From positions 2,080,001 through 2,144,000 of the forward strand of contig OY820905.2 in assembly GCA_963555755.3 (NCBI GenBank): a DNA stretch of 64,000 nt. The letters are read 5' to 3'. The translations under genes were made by a program, and so were the position numbers. Shown here in pieces: positions 31,037-40,888 of the stretch. This DNA comes from Nitrospirales bacterium (GTDB taxonomy: Bacteria; Nitrospirota; Nitrospiria; Nitrospirales; UBA8639). How positions within the stretch are numbered: position 1 is the first letter of the stretch; each line of letters begins with the position of its first letter. The notes below the pieces were generated by a model. That model saw nothing but the letters and a program-made list of their open reading frames with translations. It did no database searches and was not told the origin of the DNA.

Positions 31037-32280
31037 GCACGACACTGATGATTCAGGCAATCGATGATGATGACGACGACCTGCGTATATTGGAAGAATT
31101 CCTTCGAGAAATCCCCAATACTCACGTGACCTTTCACGGCTATGGTGATTTACTATCTGGGATGAGGGCCCTCCAGCATAACCCAGGGGACCTCCTCTTC
31201 CTCGATTTTCGGTTAGGCGCCAAAACCGGCATCGAAGCCTTTCGGGAAATCCAAGGCATTGGCTATACAAAGCCTGTCATCCTTCTCACAGGCAATGGGG
31301 ATGAACACACAGCGGTCGAAGCCATGAAATCCGGCATTGCCGATTATCTGTCGAAGGCGACGCTTGCTCCAACGATTCTTCACCGCGCCATCACCAATGC
31401 CCTGGAAAAACATCAGTTACGGCAAGCGATTCAGGAACAGCAACGGCGGATTGAAGCCGCCGATCGTGAAAGCCTTCTCCGGATTCGTAGCGAAAAAGAG
31501 GTGTTAGAGCACACCTTGATTGGATCGTTGGCAGCCATGACCCAGGTCTTGTCCATCATGAATCCGGAAGTGTTTAGTCGTTCCATTCGCATTACCCGAT
31601 ATGTCACCGCCATTGCGAAACAGATGGAGCTCCCGGAGATCTGGCAATTGGAAGTCGCCGCCATGCTCTCTCAAATAGGCTGCATTACGTTTCCACCAGA
31701 GGTTTTACACAACCTGGCAAGGGGAATGGAATTGGGACATACAGAAGCGCAACTCTATGATCAATACCCCTCGATGGGAGCGGACATGATTCGGAAGATT
31801 CCTCGAATGGATAGAGTCGCCGACATTATCGAACATCAAGAACACGTTCTCGATGATCCAGCCCACCAAGACAAACTGGACACCATTCCCCTGGAATCGC
31901 GAATTCTCAAAGTTGCCATTGATATGGACGCCCTCGAATCGACTGGACACTCAAAACAACAAGCCATGGATACCCTTCGCATCCATGTCAAAAAGTATGA
32001 CCCAGTGGTGCTCCATAACCTTCGGGTGATTTCCAAAAAGAGCATTCTTAAAACCAAAGAGGTCGACATGGCTGACCTGAGCCCGCCCATGGTCTTGGCC
32101 GAGGATATTCGCGCCAAATCAGGAGCCACGGTTTTACCAAAAGGCCAACCGGTCACGGTCACTATGTTGATCCGCCTCCACAATTTTTCCCTATTTCAAC
32201 CTATCCGGGAACCCCTGACAGTCTTCCTTCCGGTGACAACCCTCAATGAGGAGCTGGAGTTGGCGGTTGCCACTGCTTAA
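31033..32280 (+). CDS. REC plus degenerate HD-GYP-like (RpfG-like) response regulator
   Basis: REC followed by an HD-GYP-like region with AAMLSQIG in place of HDIG and no GYP loop. Confidence 0.85.
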   Translation: MSTTLMIQAIDDDDDDLRILEEFLREIPNTHVTFHGYGDLLSGMRALQHNPGDLLFLDFRLGAKTGIEAFREIQGIGYTKPVILLTGNGDEHTAVEAMKSGIADYLSKATLAPTILHRAITNALEKHQLRQAIQEQQRRIEAADRESLLRIRSEKEVLEHTLIGSLAAMTQVLSIMNPEVFSRSIRITRYVTAIAKQMELPEIWQLEVAAMLSQIGCITFPPEVLHNLARGMELGHTEAQLYDQYPSMGADMIRKIPRMDRVADIIEHQEHVLDDPAHQDKLDTIPLESRILKVAIDMDALESTGHSKQQAMDTLRIHVKKYDPVVLHNLRVISKKSILKTKEVDMADLSPPMVLAEDIRAKSGATVLPKGQPVTVTMLIRLHNFSLFQPIREPLTVFLPVTTLNEELELAVATA

Positions 32281-32477
32281 TGAGCCGAGAATCTTCTGAC
32301 CCAGCCCATCCTCCCCCCAGCACAGCCCTGCAACTGAAAACGAGATAAACCCTCGAAGAGCTTCTACCGATATAGTACCCACAGCCATGTCAGTGGAGAG
32401 CCTGATCTGCCACATAGCCCTGATAAGGGAAAGTCATGTCCTGCTCATTGCTGGCCAATGAGCCACATTACTTATGT

Positions 32478-33489
32478 TATGCCTTCCCATTTGACTAAGG
32501 TTAGTCCCTAGACTAGTCTGCTGGACTATGGACACAGGGTATGCTGCTGATATCTTGGATTTTTCTGTTAGGTTCCACACCGAAGAAGCGTGCTTCGAGT
32601 ACTTGCGGGCGATTCGGTGGCCAGACGGGTTTATGTGTCCAGCTTGCGGTCATCGCGGTGGTTGGTGGCTCAAAAAATATTTCCGGTTTGAGTGTTCGTC
32701 GTGTCATAGACAGACATCACCGCTAAGCGGCACAGTGATGCATAGATCGCACTTGCCGCTACGGCTTTGGTTTTGGGCTGCCTATTTCGTCTCCACGCAC
32801 ACACCTGGCATCAGTGCTGTGCAATTGCAGCGTCAACTCAGTATCAAGAAGGTGGATAGCGCCTGGTATTTGCTCCACAGATTGCGACGAGGAATGGTAC
32901 GACAGAACCGTGAACGGCTCGCAGGAACAGTTGAAGCCGATGAAACCCATATCGGTGGACCGGTAAAAGGCAAAACGGGCCGTGGCGTCGCGAAAGCGAA
33001 AACCAAGACGTTAATAGCCGGAGCCGTAGAAATTGTCACGTACACACAAGGGGATCACTTTCGAGAGAAAGCAGGGCGTTTACGATTAGCGATTCTTCAA
33101 GACGCTGGAGAGAACGAGATCAAAGCATTCCTCAATAGCCATGTCGCTGAGGGCAGTAAGATCAAGTCCGATGGTTGGAAGGGATACTCGGCAAAAGCCT
33201 TGGCAGGATACGAACACCTGAGACGGACCCAGGGTGACCCAGCAAGTGCTGGGAAGCACGCTCCACACATCCATAGAGCGTTCGGCAATCTGCAGACCTG
33301 GCTGAACGGGATTCACCATGGAGTGGATTCAAAATACCTGCAACACTATCTTGATGAGTTTGTCTTTCGCTATAACCGCCGTGAGACTCCAATGAGTACC
33401 TTCCAGAGTTTGTTGAAAATCCTGACCAGCAGCTCAAAACCCTTGGGATTCAATAAACTGAAGCAACCTTAGTTAAATGGGAAGGCATA
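32478..33489 (+). mobile_element. IS1595-family element, copy 1
   Basis: TIR TATGCCTTCCCATTTGACTAAGG / CCTTAGTTAAATGGGAAGGCATA; 8-bp TSD ACTTATGT. Confidence 0.95.
32528..33472 (+). CDS. IS1595 transposase
   Basis: Zn ribbon RWPDGFMCPAC..ECSSC, VEADETHIGG, SDGWKGY, YLDEFVFRYNRR. Confidence 0.95.
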   Translation: MDTGYAADILDFSVRFHTEEACFEYLRAIRWPDGFMCPACGHRGGWWLKKYFRFECSSCHRQTSPLSGTVMHRSHLPLRLWFWAAYFVSTHTPGISAVQLQRQLSIKKVDSAWYLLHRLRRGMVRQNRERLAGTVEADETHIGGPVKGKTGRGVAKAKTKTLIAGAVEIVTYTQGDHFREKAGRLRLAILQDAGENEIKAFLNSHVAEGSKIKSDGWKGYSAKALAGYEHLRRTQGDPASAGKHAPHIHRAFGNLQTWLNGIHHGVDSKYLQHYLDEFVFRYNRRETPMSTFQSLLKILTSSSKPLGFNKLKQP

Positions 33490-33493
33490 ACTT

Positions 33494-34495
33494 ATGTTTA
33501 ACGTCGCACCATCCGATTACTGCAATATAGCTCCTCACGAGAAACCTCGTCTGACGGTGGTGATTGACACCGAGGAAGAGTTCGATTGGTCTCGGGACTT
33601 TGCTCGAGAAAATACTTCTGTACAGGCCATGCAATGGGTTGGGCGCGCTCAGGCGGTCTTCGATGACTATGGAATCACCCCTGTCTACGTCATTGACTAC
33701 CCGGTGGCCTCACAACCAGATGGATACACACCATTAGCCGAAATTCATGGAGACGGGCGTTGCATCATCGGCACTCATTTGCACCCTTGGGTGAATCCTC
33801 CGTTTGAGGAAGTCGTCAATCGAAGAAATTCTTTTGCCGGAAATCTTTCCATGACCTTAGAGAAAGTTAAACTCCTGGTGCTCACCGAATGTATCGAAGA
33901 GCATTTTGGTACTCGCCCGACAATCTATAAAGCCGGACGCTATGGCGTTGGCCCCAATACCATCACGATTTTGGAAGAGCTGGGCTATGAAATCGATCTT
34001 AGCGTATGTCCGCACATGAACTACGCCACTGAAGATGGGCCGGATTACTCGGACAATTCTTCTTGGCCGTTTTGGTTTGGCAAAGACAAGCAACTTTTGG
34101 AACTACCTTTGACAGTCGGCTTCACAGGATTTCTCAGGCATGTAGGCCCGGCCCTCCATCCTGTGGTGACCAATTCCCTTTTTACCTCATTACGAATTCC
34201 CGGGATCTTGGCGAGATTGAACGTACTCAATAAAAGCTGGCTTTCACCAGAAGGCTACTCCTCCACCGAGCATCAACACGTCACCCGGACTCTCTATAAT
34301 GCAGGGTTGCGGGTGTTCTCCATGGCCTTTCATAGCCCATCGATGGAACCCGGCCATACGCCGTATGTCCGATCAACAACTGATCTTGATGATTTTCTTG
34401 GGCGCCTTCGACGTTTTTTCGATTTCTTTTTTGGAGAGATGCAGGGAGTCGCAAGCACTCCACTGCTATTGAAACAAGAACTACGTAACACCTAA
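33494..34495 (+). CDS. polysaccharide deacetylase family protein (WalW-like)
   Basis: VIDTEEEFDW, GTHLHPWVNPP, YKAGRYG, FHSPS..PG.TPYV. Confidence 0.88.
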   Translation: MFNVAPSDYCNIAPHEKPRLTVVIDTEEEFDWSRDFARENTSVQAMQWVGRAQAVFDDYGITPVYVIDYPVASQPDGYTPLAEIHGDGRCIIGTHLHPWVNPPFEEVVNRRNSFAGNLSMTLEKVKLLVLTECIEEHFGTRPTIYKAGRYGVGPNTITILEELGYEIDLSVCPHMNYATEDGPDYSDNSSWPFWFGKDKQLLELPLTVGFTGFLRHVGPALHPVVTNSLFTSLRIPGILARLNVLNKSWLSPEGYSSTEHQHVTRTLYNAGLRVFSMAFHSPSMEPGHTPYVRSTTDLDDFLGRLRRFFDFFFGEMQGVASTPLLLKQELRNT

Positions 34496-34519
34496 TGACA
34501 TGATGCATGTGGAGGGGCA

Positions 34520-36352
34520 ATGATTATCTTAGGCATTTCACCCTTGGATAAAGACTCAACAGTCACCTTGATGAAGGACGGGAAAGTCCTGTTTGCAGCG
34601 GGTGAAGAACGGTTCACACGCAACAAACTACAAAGCGGTTTTCCGGCAGAAGCCTTACAAGCCGGTCTCCGCTATACCGGCATATCCATAGCCGATATTG
34701 ATCTTGTCGCCTACCCCTTTTTCGATTGGAAAAAAGAAACGCAACTGTTCACCAGAAACCTCAAAGACGAAACCGCCTTTCTGGATGAAGCCCCAGTTGA
34801 TGGGATTCAACGGCAGGTCGATGCGGCACTCGCGAACGTCCCCAACAATCGCCCAGTGGTTCCAGGGCTCACTGATCCCAATGAAAAGTTGGAAAAATCC
34901 TTAGTCCATCGCATGCTGTATACACTCGTGGGGCCCGAGGGCGTGCTGTCGAGAAATATTGCCAAACGCTCCTCTCGCGCCTGGAAGCGAGACGCCATGA
35001 CGTATCACAAGGAATGGCAAGAAGATCTGGAAGACAATCTCGAGGGGTTGGGCCTCAAAGCAAAACTCCGCCGATACGATCACCACCTCTCTCATTCAGC
35101 CGGCGCCTTTTTTGCCAGTGGATTTCAAAAGGCGCTCATCATCACGCTCGATGGCTATGGATCCGGCCTAGCCGGCTCCGTCTGCATTGGAGACGGCACC
35201 AAAATCCGCCGCATCCATGGACTTGAGTATCCCCATTCCTTGGGCACCTTTTACGAGAGCGTCACCTCTTCACTGGGATTTAAACCCTCACGTCACGAAG
35301 GAAAGATTGTCGGCCTCGCGGCATATGGCGACCCAAAAATTCTCGTGGATTTGGTCTTAAGCCGCTTCCACCAAGAACCCGGCAATTTCCGCATTATTGA
35401 AAGCAACAACATTTACTTTTCCCGCTACCTCGCCAATCTGTTCCCAAAAATCGACGTAGCTGCCGCATATCAGCATGTGCTCGAAGTCGTCGCGACGGCA
35501 TACATTCACCACTATGTCGAGCAGACGGAAATCGATACCATCGTCCTAGCCGGAGGCGTCATCGCGAATGTCAAATTGAACCAACGGATTTTCGAGATCC
35601 CAGGAGTCAATCATATCTTCGTGGACCCCAACATGGGAGACGGCGGATGCGGAACCGGAGCCGCGTTCCTTGCCTGTCGCCAAAACCTCAAGAAGCGCGA
35701 TCCCTTTCAAAACGTGTACTTTGGCCCCGACTATTCCGACGAGGACATCACGAAGGAATTACAAGTCGCCGGCTTGGAGTATCAACATCTCCAACCCATT
35801 GAGCCGACCGTGGCCAAACTTATTCACGAAGGGAAAGTCGTCGCGCGTTTTAATGGGCGGATGGAATATGGCCCACGGGCGTTGGGCAACCGATCAATTT
35901 TGTATCGCGCGTCAGAGCCGGAAGTAAACCAATGGTTGAACCAACGTCTTGGACGAACGGAATTTATGCCCTTTGCGCCCGTCACGCTGTATGAAGAACG
36001 AAACACGTGTTATTACAATATGAAGGGCGCCGAGTACACATCACAGTTCATGACGGTGACATTTAATTGCACGGACTTTATGAAACAAACATGCCCCGCT
36101 GCTGTCCACGTCGATGGAACCGCCCGCCCCCAACTGGTTCGGGAAGAAGGTAATCCCAGCTACTATCGCATCCTCAAAGAGTATTATAAGCTCAGCGGTG
36201 TGCCTTCGGTCATCAATACCAGCTTCAATATGCACGAGGAGCCTATTGTGAACACCCCACATGACGCCATTCGTGCCTTTCTCCAAGGAAATTTGGATTA
36301 CCTGGCCATTGGCGACTTCTTGGTCGAACACCCCACCCACAAGACATCATAA
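34520..36352 (+). CDS. carbamoyltransferase (NodU/CmcH family)
   Basis: EERFTRNK, HHLSHSA, TLDGYG, EGKIVGLAAYG, GDGG.G.GAA, MEYGPRALGNRS, HVDGTARPQ, NTSFNMHEEPIV. Confidence 0.95.
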   Translation: MIILGISPLDKDSTVTLMKDGKVLFAAGEERFTRNKLQSGFPAEALQAGLRYTGISIADIDLVAYPFFDWKKETQLFTRNLKDETAFLDEAPVDGIQRQVDAALANVPNNRPVVPGLTDPNEKLEKSLVHRMLYTLVGPEGVLSRNIAKRSSRAWKRDAMTYHKEWQEDLEDNLEGLGLKAKLRRYDHHLSHSAGAFFASGFQKALIITLDGYGSGLAGSVCIGDGTKIRRIHGLEYPHSLGTFYESVTSSLGFKPSRHEGKIVGLAAYGDPKILVDLVLSRFHQEPGNFRIIESNNIYFSRYLANLFPKIDVAAAYQHVLEVVATAYIHHYVEQTEIDTIVLAGGVIANVKLNQRIFEIPGVNHIFVDPNMGDGGCGTGAAFLACRQNLKKRDPFQNVYFGPDYSDEDITKELQVAGLEYQHLQPIEPTVAKLIHEGKVVARFNGRMEYGPRALGNRSILYRASEPEVNQWLNQRLGRTEFMPFAPVTLYEERNTCYYNMKGAEYTSQFMTVTFNCTDFMKQTCPAAVHVDGTARPQLVREEGNPSYYRILKEYYKLSGVPSVINTSFNMHEEPIVNTPHDAIRAFLQGNLDYLAIGDFLVEHPTHKTS

Positions 36353-36582
36353 ACACTTGGGGCATGAGACTCTCACCAAATGTGTTCATCGTGTGCGCGG
36401 GGCCAAAAGTTGGCCCAGGCGCTGCACGGAAATTCCGAATCTGATTTCTCACCTCGCCTGAGCCATTCTCAGCCTTCATTTCAAATTCATCCAGTCCAAA
36501 TGTTATCGTGTAAGAGGTTCTTGCGTATCTTGGATACCTTTCGCGCTCACGAGACAGTCCCTGTATTGCATTTGGAGGCTCT

Positions 36583-37187
36583 ATGCCTAAGCTGCACCCT
36601 TTTATTACCGGCATACTCATTGGCTGTGTTTTTTCCTTATTCTTTTCACACCATGCTTTAGCACAAAGTATTGGCTTCGACCGTCAGATAGGTGAAAGAC
36701 AACCGCCCAAGATCATCTCATTCTTGGCATCGATTTCTATCTCACCGATGAATTGGATTCAGCCATCCAAGAATTTCGACAAGCCCAACAGCATTGGCCC
36801 GAGTATGCCAATGCGCATTGGAATCTGGGAGTCGGGCTGGCCAAGCTGGGGGATCTGGAATGGGAAGGGGAAGAAGGGGAAGTGACCGCATGGGCCCAGG
36901 CCGAACGAGTAGATCCCTCCATTGTCCCTATCCGCGACAACGTATCCGCCTTGGTCACCTACAACTATGGAATTGGCCTCCTGAAACAAGGCGATCTCTC
37001 CCAGGCCATCACGGAATGGGAGCAGGCCCTACACATCCAACCTGATCTCGCAGAAATACACTATACGCTTGGGCAAGCCTATCAAATCAAAGGGAACACC
37101 GGAAGAGGGCAATCCAAGAGTATCGACAGAGAAACCATGAAGGAAAAGGAAGATAGGATGAAGACCCAAGTTCCTGACGATGAATGA
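36583..37187 (+). pseudogene. fragmented TPR protein
   Basis: signal-peptide-like start in one frame, TPR motifs (PEYANAHWNLGVGL, PDLAEIHYTLGQ) in another. Confidence 0.55.
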
Positions 37188-37441
37188 GAAAAAGAGGAAA
37201 GGAGTAAGTCCTAAAGGAGACCAGGAAATGGGGTCAGGCCAACGTGGCCCCATTTCCTATACAGGGTGCCTACCGACAAAATTTTCCCCCAAGACTTCTC
37301 AGCGCTTGGAAAGCCAAGAGCTGCGGAATGCTTTTTTCAGCATCACTCAACGTCACAGAAATATTTTTGGCCTGATTGAGTCAATACTCATGCCTGGCTC
37401 TACTTACTGACTCATTACTCCCAGTAGTCGTAAACGGTATC

Positions 37442-37918
37442 TCAGCATTCCAATATTTTTAGATTATAGATACGCCGTACTTCACCAAGTGGAGTATTCA
37501 TGTGCTTTTCGTATCCTTGCGATTCCCATTTCTTTTTCATTCGTCGTGAGCGGATGAAAATTTTAAATATAAGCGGCGGTGAATACATGAGGCTTTTAAT
37601 GATGAGCCACGGGCCAATTTCTTTAACAAGCTTTTTCCCCTCAGGAGTATTCACGTACGCCGCATACTCCCTAAATGTCATATCCGTGCCCATAAGAGTC
37701 CAGATATCACCGGCTGCTTCATCTAATATACTCGTATTCACTCCAAAGAAGACGTGTCCGATATCGTGGTGAACGAGAAGGTGGGTCCACGGTGTTTTAG
37801 GATCTGGTCGTGAAAATAGATGAGAATTTATGGTGTAATACTCATCAACCGCCTCTCTCAGAGTAAGCGAACAGTCTTGCTCTTGGAATCTTGCAACCCT
37901 GGTTCTATTGAATTCCAT
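37442..37918 (-). CDS. hypothetical protein with Coq4-like HDxxH..E motif
   Basis: HHDIGHVFFGVNTSILDEA; lower GC than core genes. Confidence 0.7.
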   Translation of the reverse strand: MEFNRTRVARFQEQDCSLTLREAVDEYYTINSHLFSRPDPKTPWTHLLVHHDIGHVFFGVNTSILDEAAGDIWTLMGTDMTFREYAAYVNTPEGKKLVKEIGPWLIIKSLMYSPPLIFKIFIRSRRMKKKWESQGYEKHMNTPLGEVRRIYNLKILEC

Positions 37919-38059
37919 CTTAAGTAACCTGTGAAGTGAATAGGAATGTAAAAGGGCCTTTTTGGTAAATTGGAAAAGTACCGAAGAAAAAGTCGTGGGG
38001 TCAATCCGACAGATGCCTATCAACAATAGACTCGTCCCTCTTTCCTCTTCCCCAGGGCT

Positions 38060-38527
38060 CTATTCCTTCTCTTTGTTCTGTTTGACGACTGAAGTGAGAT
38101 AGTGATCGAGGTGCTTGGCAAATAATTGCCGATCCCGTTGGGACAGCGCAGACGGACCACCCGTATCGACACCGCTGGCCCGGAGTGTATCCATGAAATC
38201 CCTCATCGTCAGACGGGCTTGAATCGTATCGACTGAATGCATGTCACCCCGTGGATCAAGCGCATGTCCACCCTTTGCAATGACCTCAGCAGCAAGCGGA
38301 ATGTCCGCCGTGATTACCAGGTCGCCAGCTTCCAATCTTCGCACGATTTCGTGATCAGCCACATCGAATCCATTGGCAACTTGGAGGGCGGAAATATAGC
38401 GCGATGATGGGATATGCAGCAATCGATTCGCGACGAGCGTGACGAGCACAGCTGTCCGCTCCGCCGCTCGAAACAAAATTTCTTTAATCACCTTGGGACA
38501 GGCATCGGCATCAACCCAAATTGGCAT
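38060..38527 (-). CDS. YaiI/YqxD (DUF188) family protein
   Basis: [32 protein letters not shown]. Confidence 0.93.
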   Translation of the reverse strand: MPIWVDADACPKVIKEILFRAAERTAVLVTLVANRLLHIPSSRYISALQVANGFDVADHEIVRRLEAGDLVITADIPLAAEVIAKGGHALDPRGDMHSVDTIQARLTMRDFMDTLRASGVDTGGPSALSQRDRQLFAKHLDHYLTSVVKQNKEKE

Positions 38528-39089
38528 GGCCTACCTTCATGGTTCAGGAGTTTAAACAAGAGGTCCTTCCGGGTTTTCCATGGGTAGTCCCCAGTCTGCT
38601 GTTCCTTCCCTGCTTCGGATCCCTCTTCTTTAATAGGAAACCTGCCGGCCCGCAGAAGCGCTTTGGCGAAGGCATGGGCTAGGTAAGGTAGAGTCTTGGT
38701 ACCATCTGCTAGCCATGAGGGGAGCAGCCATCGTGTGCTGTAAAGAGCCTACCTCCCCTCCTTACAAAGGAAGGAAACTCAAGGACGGTCAGCCATACTG
38801 TTTACCCATGCTCATGTCGGAAGAACCAAAAAAGACCAGAGGTCGCCAGTATGCCCTCCCATTGGTACAGCCATGGCAATACCGCAACTTCATGTATTTT
38901 ATCAAAGAGACAGAACTATCCCCTGTGGTGGGAGAAAGCCATAGGCTAGAGGCTGAGTCCAACGCCCCTCAACAATTAACAAAAGATTCTCTTTATTACT
39001 ATATGTGGCATTGCAAGGCCTAATCCCATTTCCCCATTTTTTGACGGGGAAGGGTTAATAGGTATTGAGTCAACAAAAGATTCGACCTC

Positions 39090-39185
39090 CAATTCAAATT
39101 TCTGAAAGGTTATCTGACGCACTCTCCCACGATTCACAACATGATAAAAGGCATGAGTGTATTGAATGCGGGCAAGTCTGGACAT
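39090..39185 (-). pseudogene. N-terminal remnant of a REP-associated tyrosine (Y1 HUH) transposase
   Basis: MSRLARIQYTHAFYHVVNRGRVRQITF resembles the RAYT N-terminus (MxRxxRI.....YHV.NRG..R..IF); truncated before the HUH motif. Confidence 0.7.
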
Positions 39186-39672
39186 AGAAAGAGGATAAAT
39201 TAAATCAATGAATTAAAAAATAGGATTGACCCCTTTTTTGACCACCTTTTTGTGGCATGACAAGACCGGGGCACTGTCCCATCTAATCTGCCCCATGACC
39301 TGAGGGCAATCGGTGTGTAGAAAAGTTGAGCCAGTCTCTGGAAAGCCAGCCACGTCTTGCTCCGACGAAAGAAAGGGATTAAGTCAAAGCTTAAGCCCCT
39401 ACCCATGCCTAACTCTAATTTTGCCTCCCATTTTTTCAGATGGGCAGTGATTCGAATTTTACCTCTATTTTCCCTTTTTCAAAAAATTTCATGTTATCTT
39501 CTTCTAAAATTTACTCTATAGAGTAAATAATTTCATAAAATTTTATTAAAAATTAAACAATTTCAATAAGTTAAATATAAATACTATATCATAAACAATA
39601 TATCTAAATAGTTTTTTTATACTGTTAACAGTATTATTACTGTTTGATTTAATATTGTTTACAATATATACT

Positions 39673-40146
39673 ATGGACATGAAGAAAAAATCTATCACCA
39701 TAATTGATGACATTGCGCTGTCAAAATTGAGGGTCGATTCATCATCTGAAGATCAAAATCTCAAACCGGGAGATTGGATTCGTCTTGTGCGAACTTATCT
39801 CCGAATGACACAGGCGGAACTAGCCAAACGAGCAAATATTACGCAAGCCAACCTGATAGCGATTGAATCAAGGAAAGCAGACCCACGAGTGAGCACGCTT
39901 CAGCGGATATACAAGGCACTTTCCAGTAACCTGAGCGTCGAACCGCTTCCCCAAAAACCACTTGAGGAAATACTCCGCGGGCGTGCTCGCGCGGTTGCTC
40001 TCAAGAGATTGAAAAAGACGATGGGTACAATGGCACTGGAAGGCCAAGCGCCGGAGAAAGAGATATTCCAGAAGCTTCTAGAAAAAAGAACTGACGAAAT
40101 CCTCCGTGATCCCCGCGAACGATTATGGCGCAAAGACGATGACTGA
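39673..40146 (+). CDS. mobile mystery protein A-like XRE-HTH protein
   Basis: WIR.VR..L.MTQAELAKR HTH and TMALEGQ motif; coupled to the downstream Fic gene. Confidence 0.85.
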   Translation: MDMKKKSITIIDDIALSKLRVDSSSEDQNLKPGDWIRLVRTYLRMTQAELAKRANITQANLIAIESRKADPRVSTLQRIYKALSSNLSVEPLPQKPLEEILRGRARAVALKRLKKTMGTMALEGQAPEKEIFQKLLEKRTDEILRDPRERLWRKDDD

Positions 40147-40756
40147 TGCCACGCAACCCGTCGGAGCCACACCGGGAGGGGACACCTCGGGTCTTCTCCT
40201 CGTCCATTTAGCAACACCTGCTGCTCGCAACGCCGCGGAAGCAGAAGCCATCAGTCACGCCTATGATAAACATGTGTTTCGCGCGCGCAGAAAAAAGCAG
40301 GAAATCGAATGGCTCACCGACGATTTTATCCGTCGAGTACATAGAGATATGTTCGGGCCAATCTGGGAGTGGGCAGGCAAGTACCGACAGACACAACAGA
40401 ATATTGGCGTCGAACCTCATCTGATCCGTGAACAGATCAAACTACTCACCGAGGACTTTCTCTATTGGAATGACACCAAGTCCACAATGTCAGTAATTGA
40501 AGTCGCGGCACGCCTCCAGCACCGCCTCACCAACATCCACCCATTCACCAATGGGAACGGACGACATGCAAGACTCATCACTGATATTGTCTTCCACTCG
40601 CGTCAACTCCCTATTCCCCAATGGCCGCAAATTCAACTCATGGCTAAAGGGAACGAGATTCGTGAACAATACATCACGGCGATAAAAAAAGCTGATGACG
40701 GCGACATCAAGGATTTGATTCAGTTCATTGAAGAATGCCTTAGGCCAAGCAGATAA
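40139..40756 (+). CDS. mobile mystery protein B-like Fic-domain protein
   Basis: PVGATP start, HRDMFG.IWEWAGKYR, Fic motif HPFTNGNGRHAR; 8-bp overlap with gene A. Confidence 0.9.
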   Translation: MTDATQPVGATPGGDTSGLLLVHLATPAARNAAEAEAISHAYDKHVFRARRKKQEIEWLTDDFIRRVHRDMFGPIWEWAGKYRQTQQNIGVEPHLIREQIKLLTEDFLYWNDTKSTMSVIEVAARLQHRLTNIHPFTNGNGRHARLITDIVFHSRQLPIPQWPQIQLMAKGNEIREQYITAIKKADDGDIKDLIQFIEECLRPSR

Positions 40757-40888
40757 ACCCTAACTTTTCGAAGTATATATGGCACGGAAAGACCTGCCCT
40801 CCTGGCCTTTCCGCTCCCCTTTTTACCTCATCATTGGAAATTCCCATGTTGGACCGCTACGGAATATGTGACATTGCAAGACCTGGCC

